The translations under genes and the position numbers were made by a program. A stretch of 64,000 nucleotides of DNA from Anaerolineae bacterium (GTDB lineage: Bacteria > Chloroflexota > Anaerolineae > Aggregatilineales > Phototrophicaceae). Shown here one piece after another: positions 1-9,316 of the stretch. The notes beneath the pieces were generated by a model, which did no database searches, had not been told where the DNA came from, and worked only from the letters and a program-made list of their open reading frames with translations. How positions within the stretch are numbered: the first letter of the stretch is position 1; every line of letters starts with the position of its first letter. The DNA lies in the NCBI GenBank assembly GCA_048499435.1, contig JASNZW010000006.1, forward strand, positions 103,942 to 167,941. The letters are read 5' to 3'.

Positions 1-1
1 T

Positions 2-58
2 AATCACCTGGTTCGCGGCCTGGACTACGAGGCGCGGGACTTTCTGATTTCTGGCTAA
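2..58 (+). CDS. possible 3' end of an upstream gene (partial, runs off the window)
   Basis: Open frame from the window edge ending at TAA 56-58 (..NHLVRGLDYEARDFLISG*). GC-rich third positions match neighbouring genes. Too short to assign. Confidence 0.3.
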   Translation, partial: NHLVRGLDYEARDFLISG

Positions 59-81
59 AGGCACTTTAGAAGGAAAACATT

Positions 82-1089
82 ATGGCAGATCGTGTAGCCC
101 TTTATTTGCAGGACGCGCATCCGCTTCAGGACGCCATCAAATATGTGCAGTACGCTGAGTCGCGCGGGTTTGAGGCTGTGTGGCAGGCCGAGAGCCGGCT
201 GGTGCGCGACGCGGTTGTGCCGATGGCCGCCTTCGCCGCCACCACGCGCCGCATCAAGATCGGCTCTGGCGTGATCAACAACTGGACGCGCAACGCCGCT
301 GTGATCGCGGCGACGTTTCTGACGCTGGATGACCTGGCCCCCGACCGCATCATCTGCGGGATTGGTGCGTGGTGGGACCCGCTGGCGCAGAAAGTCGGTA
401 TTGACCGCAGCAAGCCGCTGCTGGCCATGCGCGAGGTGGTGACGGTGGTGCGCGCGCTGCTGGCGCGCGAGCGGGTGACGTTTCACGGCGAGTTCGTCAA
501 CCTGACGGATGTCGAGCTGGACGTGGTGCACGGGCGCAAAGAGCCGCGCAACGTGCCGATCTATATCGGCGCGACCGGCCCGAAGATGATGGCGCTGACC
601 GGCGAGATCGGCGACGGCGCGGTGCTCAATTATCTGGTGTCCCCCAAATACAACGAGGACGCGCTGGCGCAGCTTGAGAAGGGCGCGCAGTTAGCTGGCC
701 GCAGCCTCGACGACATTGACCGGCCGCAGTTGGTGGTGTGCTCGGTGGATAACGACCGCAAGCGGGCGCTGGACGGCGCGCGCAAGCTGGTAACGCAGTA
801 CCTGGGGCAGCAGCCGCACATCATGAAGGCCAGCGGCGTGCGCCAGGAACTGCTCGACGAGATCGGCCAGGTGCTGACCTGGCCAGCTACCGAGGAACAG
901 ATCGAAGACGCGATGCGGCTGGTTCCCGACGACGTGGTGCAGATGATCACCGCCTCCGGGACGCCGCAGGAAGTGCGGGCGAAGGTGCGCGAATATGTCG
1001 CCGCCGGCGCGACCTGCCCGATTCTGTACCCGCTGGGCGCAGATGTGAACCTGATGATCGACACGTTCGCTGATGGTTATTCGAAATAA
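82..1089 (+). CDS. LLM-class (luciferase-like) flavin/F420-dependent oxidoreductase
   Basis: 335 aa. N-terminus ..[21 protein letters not shown].. and the overall TIM-barrel LLM pattern. RBS-like GAAGGAAA lies upstream of ATG 82. Confidence 0.8.
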   Translation: MADRVALYLQDAHPLQDAIKYVQYAESRGFEAVWQAESRLVRDAVVPMAAFAATTRRIKIGSGVINNWTRNAAVIAATFLTLDDLAPDRIICGIGAWWDPLAQKVGIDRSKPLLAMREVVTVVRALLARERVTFHGEFVNLTDVELDVVHGRKEPRNVPIYIGATGPKMMALTGEIGDGAVLNYLVSPKYNEDALAQLEKGAQLAGRSLDDIDRPQLVVCSVDNDRKRALDGARKLVTQYLGQQPHIMKASGVRQELLDEIGQVLTWPATEEQIEDAMRLVPDDVVQMITASGTPQEVRAKVREYVAAGATCPILYPLGADVNLMIDTFADGYSK

Positions 1090-1152
1090 TCAGCGCGACA
1101 GGGCCGCAGCCAGGGCGGGGGCGCGCCGGGGGCGCAGCCTTGCGGTTGCCCT

Positions 1153-3636
1153 ATGACGGCGGCGCGCCGGCCTGAGCTGGCGCTGTGGGCGCTGTGCTGC
1201 GCCGCCGCCGCGCTGGTGTTCATCGTCTATGTGGCGGCGGCGCTGGCGGCGGGGCATGGCGAGCCGCTGCTGCCGCTGGACGACGTTTACATCCATTTTC
1301 AGTATGCCCGCCAGCTTGCCAGCGGCCAGCCGTTCGTTTACAACCCCGGCCAGCCGGCCACCTCCGGCGCGACCAGCTTCCTCTACCCATTTGCGCTCGC
1401 GCTGGGCTACAGCGCCGGTTTCGTTGGGCTGCGCCTCAGCCTGTGGGCGCTGGGGCTGGGCGCGCTGGCGCTGGCGGCGTCGGCCTGGCTGGTATACCGG
1501 CTGGCGGCGCTGTGGGGCTGCCCCCGCTGGCTGGCGGCGCTGCTGGCGCTGGCTTTCGCGCTGACCGGCGCGGTGTCATGGCATTATATGAGCGGCATGG
1601 AGACCGGGCTGGTTACGCTGCTGGCGCTGGCGACGCTGTACGCGGTGGCTGCGGGCTGGCTGCGGCTGTTCGCGCTCAGCGCGGCGCTGCTGGCGCTGGC
1701 GCGCCCGGAATGGGGCCTGCTGGCGGTGCTGGCGGCCGGCGCGATGCTGTGGCGCGCGCGGGCTGCGCCGGGCACGGGGCGGCGGCGCGGCTGGTGGCTG
1801 CCGCTGCTGCTGCCCGCGGTGATGGTCGGCGTGCAGCCAGCGGTCAACTGGCTGGTTACGGGAACGGCGGTGGCGTCGGGCGGCGCGGCCAAGTCGATTT
1901 TCAGCGTGGTCCCGTTCTACTGGGGGGCGGTGATCGCGCGTTTGTGGGACAATTTCAGCCGCATGTGGGCGGAATTTCTCACCGGGTACAGCCCGCGCGA
2001 GGGCTGGTATACGCTGCCCCTGCTGAGCCTGCTGGGGCTGGCCGGGCTGGCCGGGCTGCTGCGGCAGCGCGACAGCCGCCCGGCGGCGGCGCTGGCGGCG
2101 GTGTGGCTGGCGGTGGGGACGGCGGCGGTCGCCACGCTGGACACGGCGTTCTGGCATTTCAAGCGCTATCAACTGCCGCTGCTGGCGCTGTTTTACCCGC
2201 TGGCGGGCGCGGCGCTGGGCTGGAGCTGGCGGGCGCTGCGGCTGGCGCGCTGGCCGGTGCGACTCTACGCGCTGGCGCTGGCGCTGTTCGCGGCCTTTAC
2301 CAGCGCGGCCTTCCTGGGCCATTTTACGCTCAACGTTGGCTATATCTACGCGCAGCCGCTGCAGATGGCGCGCTGGCTGGCGGCGAACACGCCGCCGGAC
2401 GCCGTCGTTGCGGTGCACGATGTGGGCCTGATGCGCTATATGGGGGGGCGCACCACGCTCGACATGGTGGGGCTGACGACGCCGGGCGCGGCGGCCTATT
2501 GGCGCAGCGGGCCGGGCGCGGTGGCCGAGTTTCTGGCCCTGCGCCGCCCGGATTATATCGCCGCATACGGCGAAGGACACGGCTTCGGCCTGGGCATGAT
2601 CGCGGCCACGAGCATCTACGGCGCGCCGCTGGCCGCCTTCCCGGTTGAGCTGGACGCGCGTTACAACGTGGCGCTGGCGGCGGCCAGCCAGGGCATTTAC
2701 CGGCCTGACTGGGCCGGGGCGGACAACGCCGCCGCGCATCGCCCGGCGCTGCCCTGGGCGCTCAACTGGCCCGAATGGGACGCGGTGGACGCGGTGAACG
2801 TCGCGCAGATCGACTCTGAGCAGGCGCACGCTTATGAGTGGCGCGGGGAAGGAAGCCTGGCGGCTTTCCCGACGGAGGTCCGCGAGTGGGGCTATATCAA
2901 CTGCGCCGGCGCGGACTGCCACGTTCTGGACGGCGGGCGGGCGATTGGCGGCGAGGAATCGTTTACGGTGCGGGCGCAGCCGGGCCGCGACCTGGTGCTG
3001 GCGACGCGCCTGCACCCGTTCAGCCGGGGGACATTTGACGTTTACGCTGACGGCGCGTTCATCGCCCGCCGCTGGATTCCCGACCTGCCGGGCGCGTGGC
3101 TGGACGTGGTTACGCTGATCCCGGCGGCGCAGGTGACCGGCGATACGGTGCGTATCACGCTGCGGCCTGACACGCCCGGCGGCGCGTACCTGCCGCACTG
3201 GCACAGCGTCTATCAGGGCGATTACCGCGCCGACCCCGCGCCGTCAGACACGCTCACCACGTATCAGGGCGGCGCGATCAGGCTGGTGTCTGCCGAATTG
3301 GCGCTGGCGGCGCCGGATACGCTGCGCGTGGCGCTGCGGTGGCACAGCGACGGCGCTGCCCAGGGCGACTACAAGGTGTTCGTGCACCTGCTGGGCGCTG
3401 ACGGCGCGATAGCGGCGCAGGCTGACACGCGCCCCGGCGGCGGCGCGCTGCTCCCCGGCAACTGGCTGCCGGGGACCCTGCGCGATGACGTTGTGGTAAA
3501 CTTGGCTGATGTGCCGCGCGGCAGCTACCGGGTGGTGATGGGGCTGTATGACCCGGTGACCGGCGAGCGGCTGGTTCCGGGGCGCGGCGGCGGCGAAAAC
3601 GCGCAGCTGTTTATTGGCGAGGTGGAGCGGCCATGA
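1153..3636 (+). CDS. polytopic membrane protein, GT-C-fold glycosyltransferase-like (ArnT/PMT_2-like) with a large C-terminal extracytoplasmic domain
   Basis: 827 aa with many hydrophobic helices in the first ~400 aa. First-loop DD motif (LPLDDVYIHFQYARQLASGQPFVYNPG). C-terminal YKVFVHLLGADGAIAAQADTRPGGG..WLPG..YRVVMGLYDPVTGERL motif is typical of GT-C tails. The stop overlaps the next start (ATGA at 3633-3636). Confidence 0.65.
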   Translation: MTAARRPELALWALCCAAAALVFIVYVAAALAAGHGEPLLPLDDVYIHFQYARQLASGQPFVYNPGQPATSGATSFLYPFALALGYSAGFVGLRLSLWALGLGALALAASAWLVYRLAALWGCPRWLAALLALAFALTGAVSWHYMSGMETGLVTLLALATLYAVAAGWLRLFALSAALLALARPEWGLLAVLAAGAMLWRARAAPGTGRRRGWWLPLLLPAVMVGVQPAVNWLVTGTAVASGGAAKSIFSVVPFYWGAVIARLWDNFSRMWAEFLTGYSPREGWYTLPLLSLLGLAGLAGLLRQRDSRPAAALAAVWLAVGTAAVATLDTAFWHFKRYQLPLLALFYPLAGAALGWSWRALRLARWPVRLYALALALFAAFTSAAFLGHFTLNVGYIYAQPLQMARWLAANTPPDAVVAVHDVGLMRYMGGRTTLDMVGLTTPGAAAYWRSGPGAVAEFLALRRPDYIAAYGEGHGFGLGMIAATSIYGAPLAAFPVELDARYNVALAAASQGIYRPDWAGADNAAAHRPALPWALNWPEWDAVDAVNVAQIDSEQAHAYEWRGEGSLAAFPTEVREWGYINCAGADCHVLDGGRAIGGEESFTVRAQPGRDLVLATRLHPFSRGTFDVYADGAFIARRWIPDLPGAWLDVVTLIPAAQVTGDTVRITLRPDTPGGAYLPHWHSVYQGDYRADPAPSDTLTTYQGGAIRLVSAELALAAPDTLRVALRWHSDGAAQGDYKVFVHLLGADGAIAAQADTRPGGGALLPGNWLPGTLRDDVVVNLADVPRGSYRVVMGLYDPVTGERLVPGRGGGENAQLFIGEVERP

Positions 3637-4463
3637 ATCAGGATCAGGCGGTGTTCGAGGCGCTGCTGCAACTGCGGACCACCGGCGCGGCGGCGGCGCT
3701 GGCGACGGTTGTCAGTGTCAGCGGGTCGGTGCCGCGCCACGCGGGCAGCAAGATGCTGGTGCGCGCCGATGGTTCGATTGTCGGCACGGTGGGCGGCGGC
3801 GCGCTGGAACAGCTCGTGATTCGCGAGGCGCTGGCGGCTATCGCCGACGGGCAGACGCGACTGCCACAGTACGCGCTGAACGACCTGGAAGCGGGGGACC
3901 CTGGCGTGTGCGGCGGGACGGCGCAGGTGTTTATTGAGCCGGTGGGGCTGCTGTGGACGCTGCTGGTGATCGGCGGCGGGCACGTGGGCCGCGCGCTGGC
4001 CGAGCTGGGCAAGTGGGCCGGCTACCGGGTGCTGCTGTCCGACGACCGCGAAGCCTTCTGCAACCCGGAGTACGCGCCGGGGCTGGATGGGTATATTGTC
4101 TGCCCGCCGGGTGAGGCGGCGGCGCAGGCTGGTGTGAACGCGCGCACGTGCGTGGCCGCTGTGACGCGCGGCATGCCAGTGGATTTGGCGCTGATCCCGG
4201 CGCTGCTGGCGACTGACGCGCCGTATATCGGGCTGATCGGCAGCCGCCGCCGCTGGGCGCTGACGGCCAAAGCGCTGCAAGAGGAACACGGCCTGACCGC
4301 CGCGCAGCTCGCGCGGGTGCGCGCGCCGATTGGGTTGGAGATTGGGGCCGAGACGCCGCAGGAAATCGCCATCAGCATCCTGGCGGAAGTGACGATGGCC
4401 CGGCGCGGCGGCGACGGCCGGCCGATGCGCCAGCCGCCCGCTGGCAGCGGCGTTGAGCCGTAG
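3633..4463 (+). CDS. xdhC: XdhC/CoxI-family molybdenum cofactor insertion chaperone
   Basis: 276 aa. N-terminal XdhC_CoxI pattern (ALATVVSVSGSVPRHAGSKMLV..GTVGGG) and Rossmann segment LLVIGGGHVGRALAELG. Confidence 0.85.
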   Translation: MNQDQAVFEALLQLRTTGAAAALATVVSVSGSVPRHAGSKMLVRADGSIVGTVGGGALEQLVIREALAAIADGQTRLPQYALNDLEAGDPGVCGGTAQVFIEPVGLLWTLLVIGGGHVGRALAELGKWAGYRVLLSDDREAFCNPEYAPGLDGYIVCPPGEAAAQAGVNARTCVAAVTRGMPVDLALIPALLATDAPYIGLIGSRRRWALTAKALQEEHGLTAAQLARVRAPIGLEIGAETPQEIAISILAEVTMARRGGDGRPMRQPPAGSGVEP

Positions 4464-4497
4464 CGAGGACGGCTGTCAATTACTGGAACGTGGCGCA

Positions 4498-5100
4498 GTG
4501 AAAATTCTTTGCGTTAGCGACACGGTTATGCCGCAGTTGGAGAGCGCAGTCAACCTGCGGCGGCGCTACAGCGATGTCCAGCTTGTCGTAAGCTGTGGCG
4601 ACCTGCCGGCAGTTTACCTGGAATATATCGTTTCGACCCTGAACGTGCCGCTGTTTTACGTGCGCGGCAACCACGATGAACGCTATAGCGAAGCGCCGCC
4701 CGGCGGCGAGAACCTGCACATGCGCGTTGTCACCCATCGCGGGCTGACGTTTGCGGGCCTGGAAGGCTGTATGCGCTATAATAACGGCGAAATACAGTAT
4801 ACCGAAGCGCAGATGTTGTGGATGGTGGTGCAGATGGGGCTGTCGCCGGCGCTGCGGCGCGGCCTGGATGTGCTGGTGACGCACTCGCCGCCGCGCGGCA
4901 TCCACGACCGCCCGGACCGGGCGCACACCGGTTTTAAGTCGCTGCTGCGGTTTATGAACTGGTATCGTCCGCGCTATCTGCTGCACGGCCACACACACAC
5001 CTGGGACCGGCGCGATATCGTGCAGACGCAGTATCGCGCTACGTGCGTGATGAATATCAACCCCATCACGCTGCTTGATATAGAGCCGGATGCCACCTGA
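4498..5100 (+). CDS. metallophosphoesterase-family protein
   Basis: Motifs ILCVSD, SCGDL, RGNHDE and HGHTH. The ORF track opens at TTG 4453. GTG 4498 gives the usual (M)KILCVSD N-terminus, so the start is uncertain. Confidence 0.75.
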   Translation: MKILCVSDTVMPQLESAVNLRRRYSDVQLVVSCGDLPAVYLEYIVSTLNVPLFYVRGNHDERYSEAPPGGENLHMRVVTHRGLTFAGLEGCMRYNNGEIQYTEAQMLWMVVQMGLSPALRRGLDVLVTHSPPRGIHDRPDRAHTGFKSLLRFMNWYRPRYLLHGHTHTWDRRDIVQTQYRATCVMNINPITLLDIEPDAT

Positions 5101-5176
5101 CCACAGGGCGTTGGTTGTGGGCGCGGTGCGCAAACGGGTATACGATATGGGTGATTAACCGGAGGCGGCTGTCTTT

Positions 5177-6592
5177 ATGTGGCAGAACTATTTCAGTGTA
5201 AGCACGCTGGCAGAGGCGCTGTATCTGCTGGCTGAACATGGCGAGCGCGCGCGCGTGATCGCCGGCGGGACCGATATGCTTATCGAGCTGGAGCGCGGTC
5301 AGCGCCCGAACGTAACGACGCTGATTGACATTACGCGCGTGCCCGGCCTGGACAGCATCGCGCAGCGCGGCGACACCTTCCGGCTAGGGCCGCTGGTGAC
5401 GCATAACCATGTGGCGCACGACGCCCGGCTGGTGGCGCGGGCGCTGCCGCTGGCCCAGGCCTGCTGGGGGGTGGGCGCGCCGCAGATACGCAACCGGGCG
5501 ACGGTGGCCGGCAACCTGGTTACCGCGTCGCCTGCCAACGACACCATCGCGCCGCTGCTGGCGCTGAACGCCGAGGTTACGCTGGCATCGCTGGAAGGCG
5601 AGCGCACCGTGCCGCTGGCGCAGTTTTACACCGGCGTGCGCCGCACCGTTATGCGCCCGGACGAGCTGCTCACGGCGATCACGTTTCCGGCGCTGGCGGC
5701 CAATGAGCGCGGGATGTTCATCAAGCTGGGGCTGCGGCGGGCACAGGCTATTTCGGTGGTGAACGCGGCGGTGGTGCTGGCGTTTGAAGGCGACAAAGTG
5801 GCGCGCGCGGCTATCACGCTGGGCAGCGTCGCCCCGGTGGTTATCCGCGCGACGGTAGCTGAGGAAGCGCTTATCGGGCAGGCGCTGACGCCGCCGGTTA
5901 TCGCCGAGGCGGCGCGGCTGGCGGCGCTGGCGTCAGCGCCGATTGACGATCTGCGCGGCACCGCCGTCTACCGTTCCGACATGGCGCGTGTGCTGGTCAA
6001 GCGGGCGCTGGCGGCGCTGGCGGCGGGCAGCGAGGCGGCGGACTGGCCGCAGGACCCGCCGATGCTGTGGGGGGCGGGCGAGGCCAGGGCCGCTGGCGGC
6101 CTGCCGCGGCAGGTTGAGCATCGCGCCGGCCAGCCTATCGAAACGGTGGTGAACGGCCGCCGGCTGAGCAGCACCAGCGGGCACGATAAGACGCTGCTGC
6201 GCTTCCTGCGCGAGGACGTCGGCCTGCCAGGAACCAAAGAAGGCTGCGCTGAGGGCGAATGCGGGGCCTGCACGGTGTTTATGGACGGCGCGGCGGTGTT
6301 GGCGTGCCTGGTCCCGGCCCCGCGCGCGCACGGGGCGGAGATTGTAACGGTGGAAGGGCTGGCGCAGGATGGCGAACTGCACCCCTTACAGCAGGCGTTC
6401 ATTGACACCGACGCGGTGCAGTGCGGCTACTGCACGCCCGGTTTCCTGATGGCGGGCGCGAAGCTGCTGGAAGAACAGCCGCAGCCAACGCAGGAACAGA
6501 TTGCCTACGGCATCAGCGGCAACCTGTGCCGCTGCACCGGTTATTACGCCATCGTCCAGGCTTTTGAGAAGGCCAGCAAGCGCGAGGAATGA
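5177..6592 (+). CDS. xanthine-dehydrogenase-family FAD-binding subunit (CoxM-like) fused to a [2Fe-2S] subunit (CoxS-like)
   Basis: 471 aa. N-terminal VIAGGTDMLIELE FAD/PCMH domain. C-terminal CAEGECGACTV, QCGYCTPGF and CRCTGY iron-sulfur motifs. Confidence 0.9.
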   Translation: MWQNYFSVSTLAEALYLLAEHGERARVIAGGTDMLIELERGQRPNVTTLIDITRVPGLDSIAQRGDTFRLGPLVTHNHVAHDARLVARALPLAQACWGVGAPQIRNRATVAGNLVTASPANDTIAPLLALNAEVTLASLEGERTVPLAQFYTGVRRTVMRPDELLTAITFPALAANERGMFIKLGLRRAQAISVVNAAVVLAFEGDKVARAAITLGSVAPVVIRATVAEEALIGQALTPPVIAEAARLAALASAPIDDLRGTAVYRSDMARVLVKRALAALAAGSEAADWPQDPPMLWGAGEARAAGGLPRQVEHRAGQPIETVVNGRRLSSTSGHDKTLLRFLREDVGLPGTKEGCAEGECGACTVFMDGAAVLACLVPAPRAHGAEIVTVEGLAQDGELHPLQQAFIDTDAVQCGYCTPGFLMAGAKLLEEQPQPTQEQIAYGISGNLCRCTGYYAIVQAFEKASKREE

Positions 6593-6595
6593 GAC

Positions 6596-7030
6596 GTGGG
6601 CGAGTACAGGATAAAGGCCAAACCTAAAAGGCGCGGCATGTGGCCGGTGATCGGCCTGGTGCTGGCGCTGGCGCTGGGCGTGATCGCGTGGGTGGTGGCG
6701 CCGGCGGTCTATGCGTTTATCCGCCAGCGCCTGCCGGCGTTCAGCATCGGGGCGTTCACTGAGCAGCAGATGACGATCTTTGTCGCCGTGCTTGTCTTTG
6801 CGCTTCTGGTGGCGCTGGCGTCGGTGATCGTGGCGGCTTTCGCGCCGCGCAGGGGCAAATATGACACGCGCGACGCCGCGCTGCGCAAAGAGAAGAACGC
6901 CATGCTGCGCGAGGAGCGGGAGCGCAAGGAGCGCCGCCGTGAGGTTGAGGCAAAGACGCGCAAGTACAACCGCGAGCAGGCGATGCGCAATGAAGAACTG
7001 CGCAGGAAGCAGCAGGAGCGGGAAGAATAG
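6596..7030 (+). CDS. small membrane protein: two predicted TM helices plus a Lys/Arg/Glu-rich helical tail
   Basis: 144 aa. WPVIGLVLALALGVIAWVVAPAVYAFI and MTIFVAVLVFALLVALASVIVAAFA, then ..LRKEKNAMLREERERKERRREVEAKTRKYNREQAMRNEELRRKQQEREE. Starts 3 nt after the upstream stop. Confidence 0.65.
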   Translation: MGEYRIKAKPKRRGMWPVIGLVLALALGVIAWVVAPAVYAFIRQRLPAFSIGAFTEQQMTIFVAVLVFALLVALASVIVAAFAPRRGKYDTRDAALRKEKNAMLREERERKERRREVEAKTRKYNREQAMRNEELRRKQQEREE

Positions 7031-7075
7031 CATATTGGCGCAGCGCAAGTGCTGCCTGTGGAGTGAACTGACGTT

Positions 7076-9307
7076 ATGACAGCGCATGAGAAGACAGTTA
7101 CGGTTGGGCAGTCGGTCCGGCGGATTGACGCGCGCGGCAAGGTGACGGGCGAGGCATCGTACCCTGGCGATATTGATATGCCCGGCCAGCTTTGGATGAA
7201 AATCCGGTTCAGCGACCGGGCGCACGCGCGCATCACCGCCATTGACACCGGCGCGGCGGAAGCCTATCCAGGTGTGCGACGGGTGTTTACAGCCAGGGAT
7301 GTGCCGGTCAACGAATATGGCCTGGTGACCAAAGACCAGCCCGTGCTGTGCGGGCCGGGCAGCACCATCCCTTACGCTGATATCGTGCGCTGCTACGCCG
7401 ACGCGGTGGCGCTGGTGGTAGCGGACACGGAGGCCGCCGCCGCCGCTGCCGCCCAACTGATTGACATCACCTATGAGGACCTGCCGGCGGTTTTTGACGC
7501 CGAGGCAGCCATGCAGCCGGGCGCGCCGCTGGTTCATGAGGGCTGGCCGGCGAACGTGGTGTGCCATTTCCGCACACGCCTGGGCGATATGGCCGCCGGT
7601 TGGGCGCAGGCCGAGGTCGTTGTGGAGGGCACGTACAGCACCGGCTGGCAGGAACACGCCTTTCTTCAGCCGGAAGCCGGCCTGGGCTATGTGGACGACG
7701 CCGGGCGCGTCACTGTCGTGGTGGCGGGCCAGTGGCTGCACGAGGACCAGGAACAGATTTCGCACGCGCTGGGCCTGGACCCGGAGGAAGTGCGCGTTAT
7801 CTACCCCGCCATTGGCGGCGCTTTCGGCGGGCGCGAGGATATGTCGGTGCAGATCGTGCTGGCGCTGGCGGCTTATCATCTGCGCTGCCCGGTCAAGATC
7901 ATCTGGAGCCGGGAAGAATCGATCCTTTATCATCACAAGCGCCACCCGGTGAAAATCTACACGCGCTGGGGCGCGACGCGGGCGGGCCGCGTGGTCGCTA
8001 TCGAGGCGCGGATGATTGGCGACGCCGGGGCGTATAACTACACCACATCGAAGGTGATGGCTAATGCCAACCTGATGGTCACCGGGCCGTATGAAGTGCC
8101 TAATGTGCACATTGACACTTACGGTATCGTGACCAACAACATCCCCTGCGGGGCGTTCCGGGGGTTTGGCGGGCCGCAGGGGCTGTTCGCCGCTGAGAAC
8201 CAGATGAACAAGCTGGCGGAGGCGCTGGGCATGGACCCGTTAGCGCTGCGGCTGGTGAACACGATCCGCGAGGGCAGCGTGATCTCGGTGGGGACGCCGC
8301 TGCCGGCTGGCGTAAGCATGCCGGAGGTGTTCGCGGCCTGTGGGCACGAGAGCTTCTGGACGCAGACCGCCGGCGGCCAATGGCAGCGCGCGTCAGTGGA
8401 GCAGCCTGCTGACCCGGCGCGGCGGCGCGGCATCGGGCTGGCCGGGGGGTTCAAGAACGTGGGGTACAGCTTCGGCGCGCCGGAAAACTCGTGGGCGACA
8501 GTGGAGCTGTATGGCGGCGCTGAGATCGAGGAAGCGGTGGTAAAGGTCGCCGGGGCGGAGGTGGGCCAGGGCGCGCACACGGTGTTCCGGCAGATGGCCG
8601 CAGAGGCCGCCGGCGTGCCGCTGGCGCGCGTGCGGCTGGTCACGCACGACACCGCTGACACGCGCAGTTCGGGCAGCGCGTCGGCCTCACGGCTGACGTT
8701 TATGACGGGCAACGCCGTGATCGGCGCGGCGCGGGAAGCGCTGGCGCGCTGGCGCAGCGAGGAACGCCCGGCCAAAGCGACTTACCAGTATCGCCCGCCC
8801 CGGACGACCATGTACGACCCGCTGACGGGCAAAAGCGAACCCAATTTTTCGTATGGGTATGTGGCGCAGGCGGTCGAAGTTGAGGTGGACATTGAAACCG
8901 GGCACGTTTTCGTGCGGCGGGTGGTGTCGGCCAACGACGTGGGCCGCGCCATCAACCCAGGGCTGGTGCGCGGGCAGATCGAAGGCGCGGTGGTGCAGGC
9001 TCAGGGTTATGCCGTGCTGGAGAACCTGGTTTCCAGCGAGGGCCAGATACGCAACCCGCACCTGTCCACCTATCTGATTCCGACGGTGCTGGATGTGCCG
9101 CTGGAGGTCAAGGCGGTCGTGCTGGAATACCCGGACCCGATTGGCCCGTGGGGCGCGCGCGGCATGGCTGAGATGCCGTTTCTGACGCTGGCCCCGGCGA
9201 TTATCGCCGCTGTGCACGACGCAACCGGCGTGTGGATAGACGACATTCCGCTGACGCCGGACCGCGTGGTGGCGGCGCTGCGCGCGCACGGCATCGGGGC
9301 TGAATAG
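7076..9307 (+). CDS. xanthine-dehydrogenase/aldehyde-oxidase-family molybdopterin-binding large subunit
   Basis: 743 aa. Ald_Xan_dh a/b-hammerhead N-terminus (VGQSVRRIDARGKVTGEASYPGD), AIGGAFGGRED, and C-terminal ..GARGMAEMPF.. Confidence 0.9.
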   Translation: MTAHEKTVTVGQSVRRIDARGKVTGEASYPGDIDMPGQLWMKIRFSDRAHARITAIDTGAAEAYPGVRRVFTARDVPVNEYGLVTKDQPVLCGPGSTIPYADIVRCYADAVALVVADTEAAAAAAAQLIDITYEDLPAVFDAEAAMQPGAPLVHEGWPANVVCHFRTRLGDMAAGWAQAEVVVEGTYSTGWQEHAFLQPEAGLGYVDDAGRVTVVVAGQWLHEDQEQISHALGLDPEEVRVIYPAIGGAFGGREDMSVQIVLALAAYHLRCPVKIIWSREESILYHHKRHPVKIYTRWGATRAGRVVAIEARMIGDAGAYNYTTSKVMANANLMVTGPYEVPNVHIDTYGIVTNNIPCGAFRGFGGPQGLFAAENQMNKLAEALGMDPLALRLVNTIREGSVISVGTPLPAGVSMPEVFAACGHESFWTQTAGGQWQRASVEQPADPARRRGIGLAGGFKNVGYSFGAPENSWATVELYGGAEIEEAVVKVAGAEVGQGAHTVFRQMAAEAAGVPLARVRLVTHDTADTRSSGSASASRLTFMTGNAVIGAAREALARWRSEERPAKATYQYRPPRTTMYDPLTGKSEPNFSYGYVAQAVEVEVDIETGHVFVRRVVSANDVGRAINPGLVRGQIEGAVVQAQGYAVLENLVSSEGQIRNPHLSTYLIPTVLDVPLEVKAVVLEYPDPIGPWGARGMAEMPFLTLAPAIIAAVHDATGVWIDDIPLTPDRVVAALRAHGIGAE

Positions 9308-9316
9308 GGCAGCCCC

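Noticed and set aside
7076-9307. Selenocysteine recoding (in-frame TGA + SECIS) in the Mo-hydroxylase genes, considered because of the YqeC link.
   Set aside because: All subunit ORFs are continuous with no in-frame TGA. The proposed Se-dependent hydroxylases use a labile non-Sec selenium cofactor.
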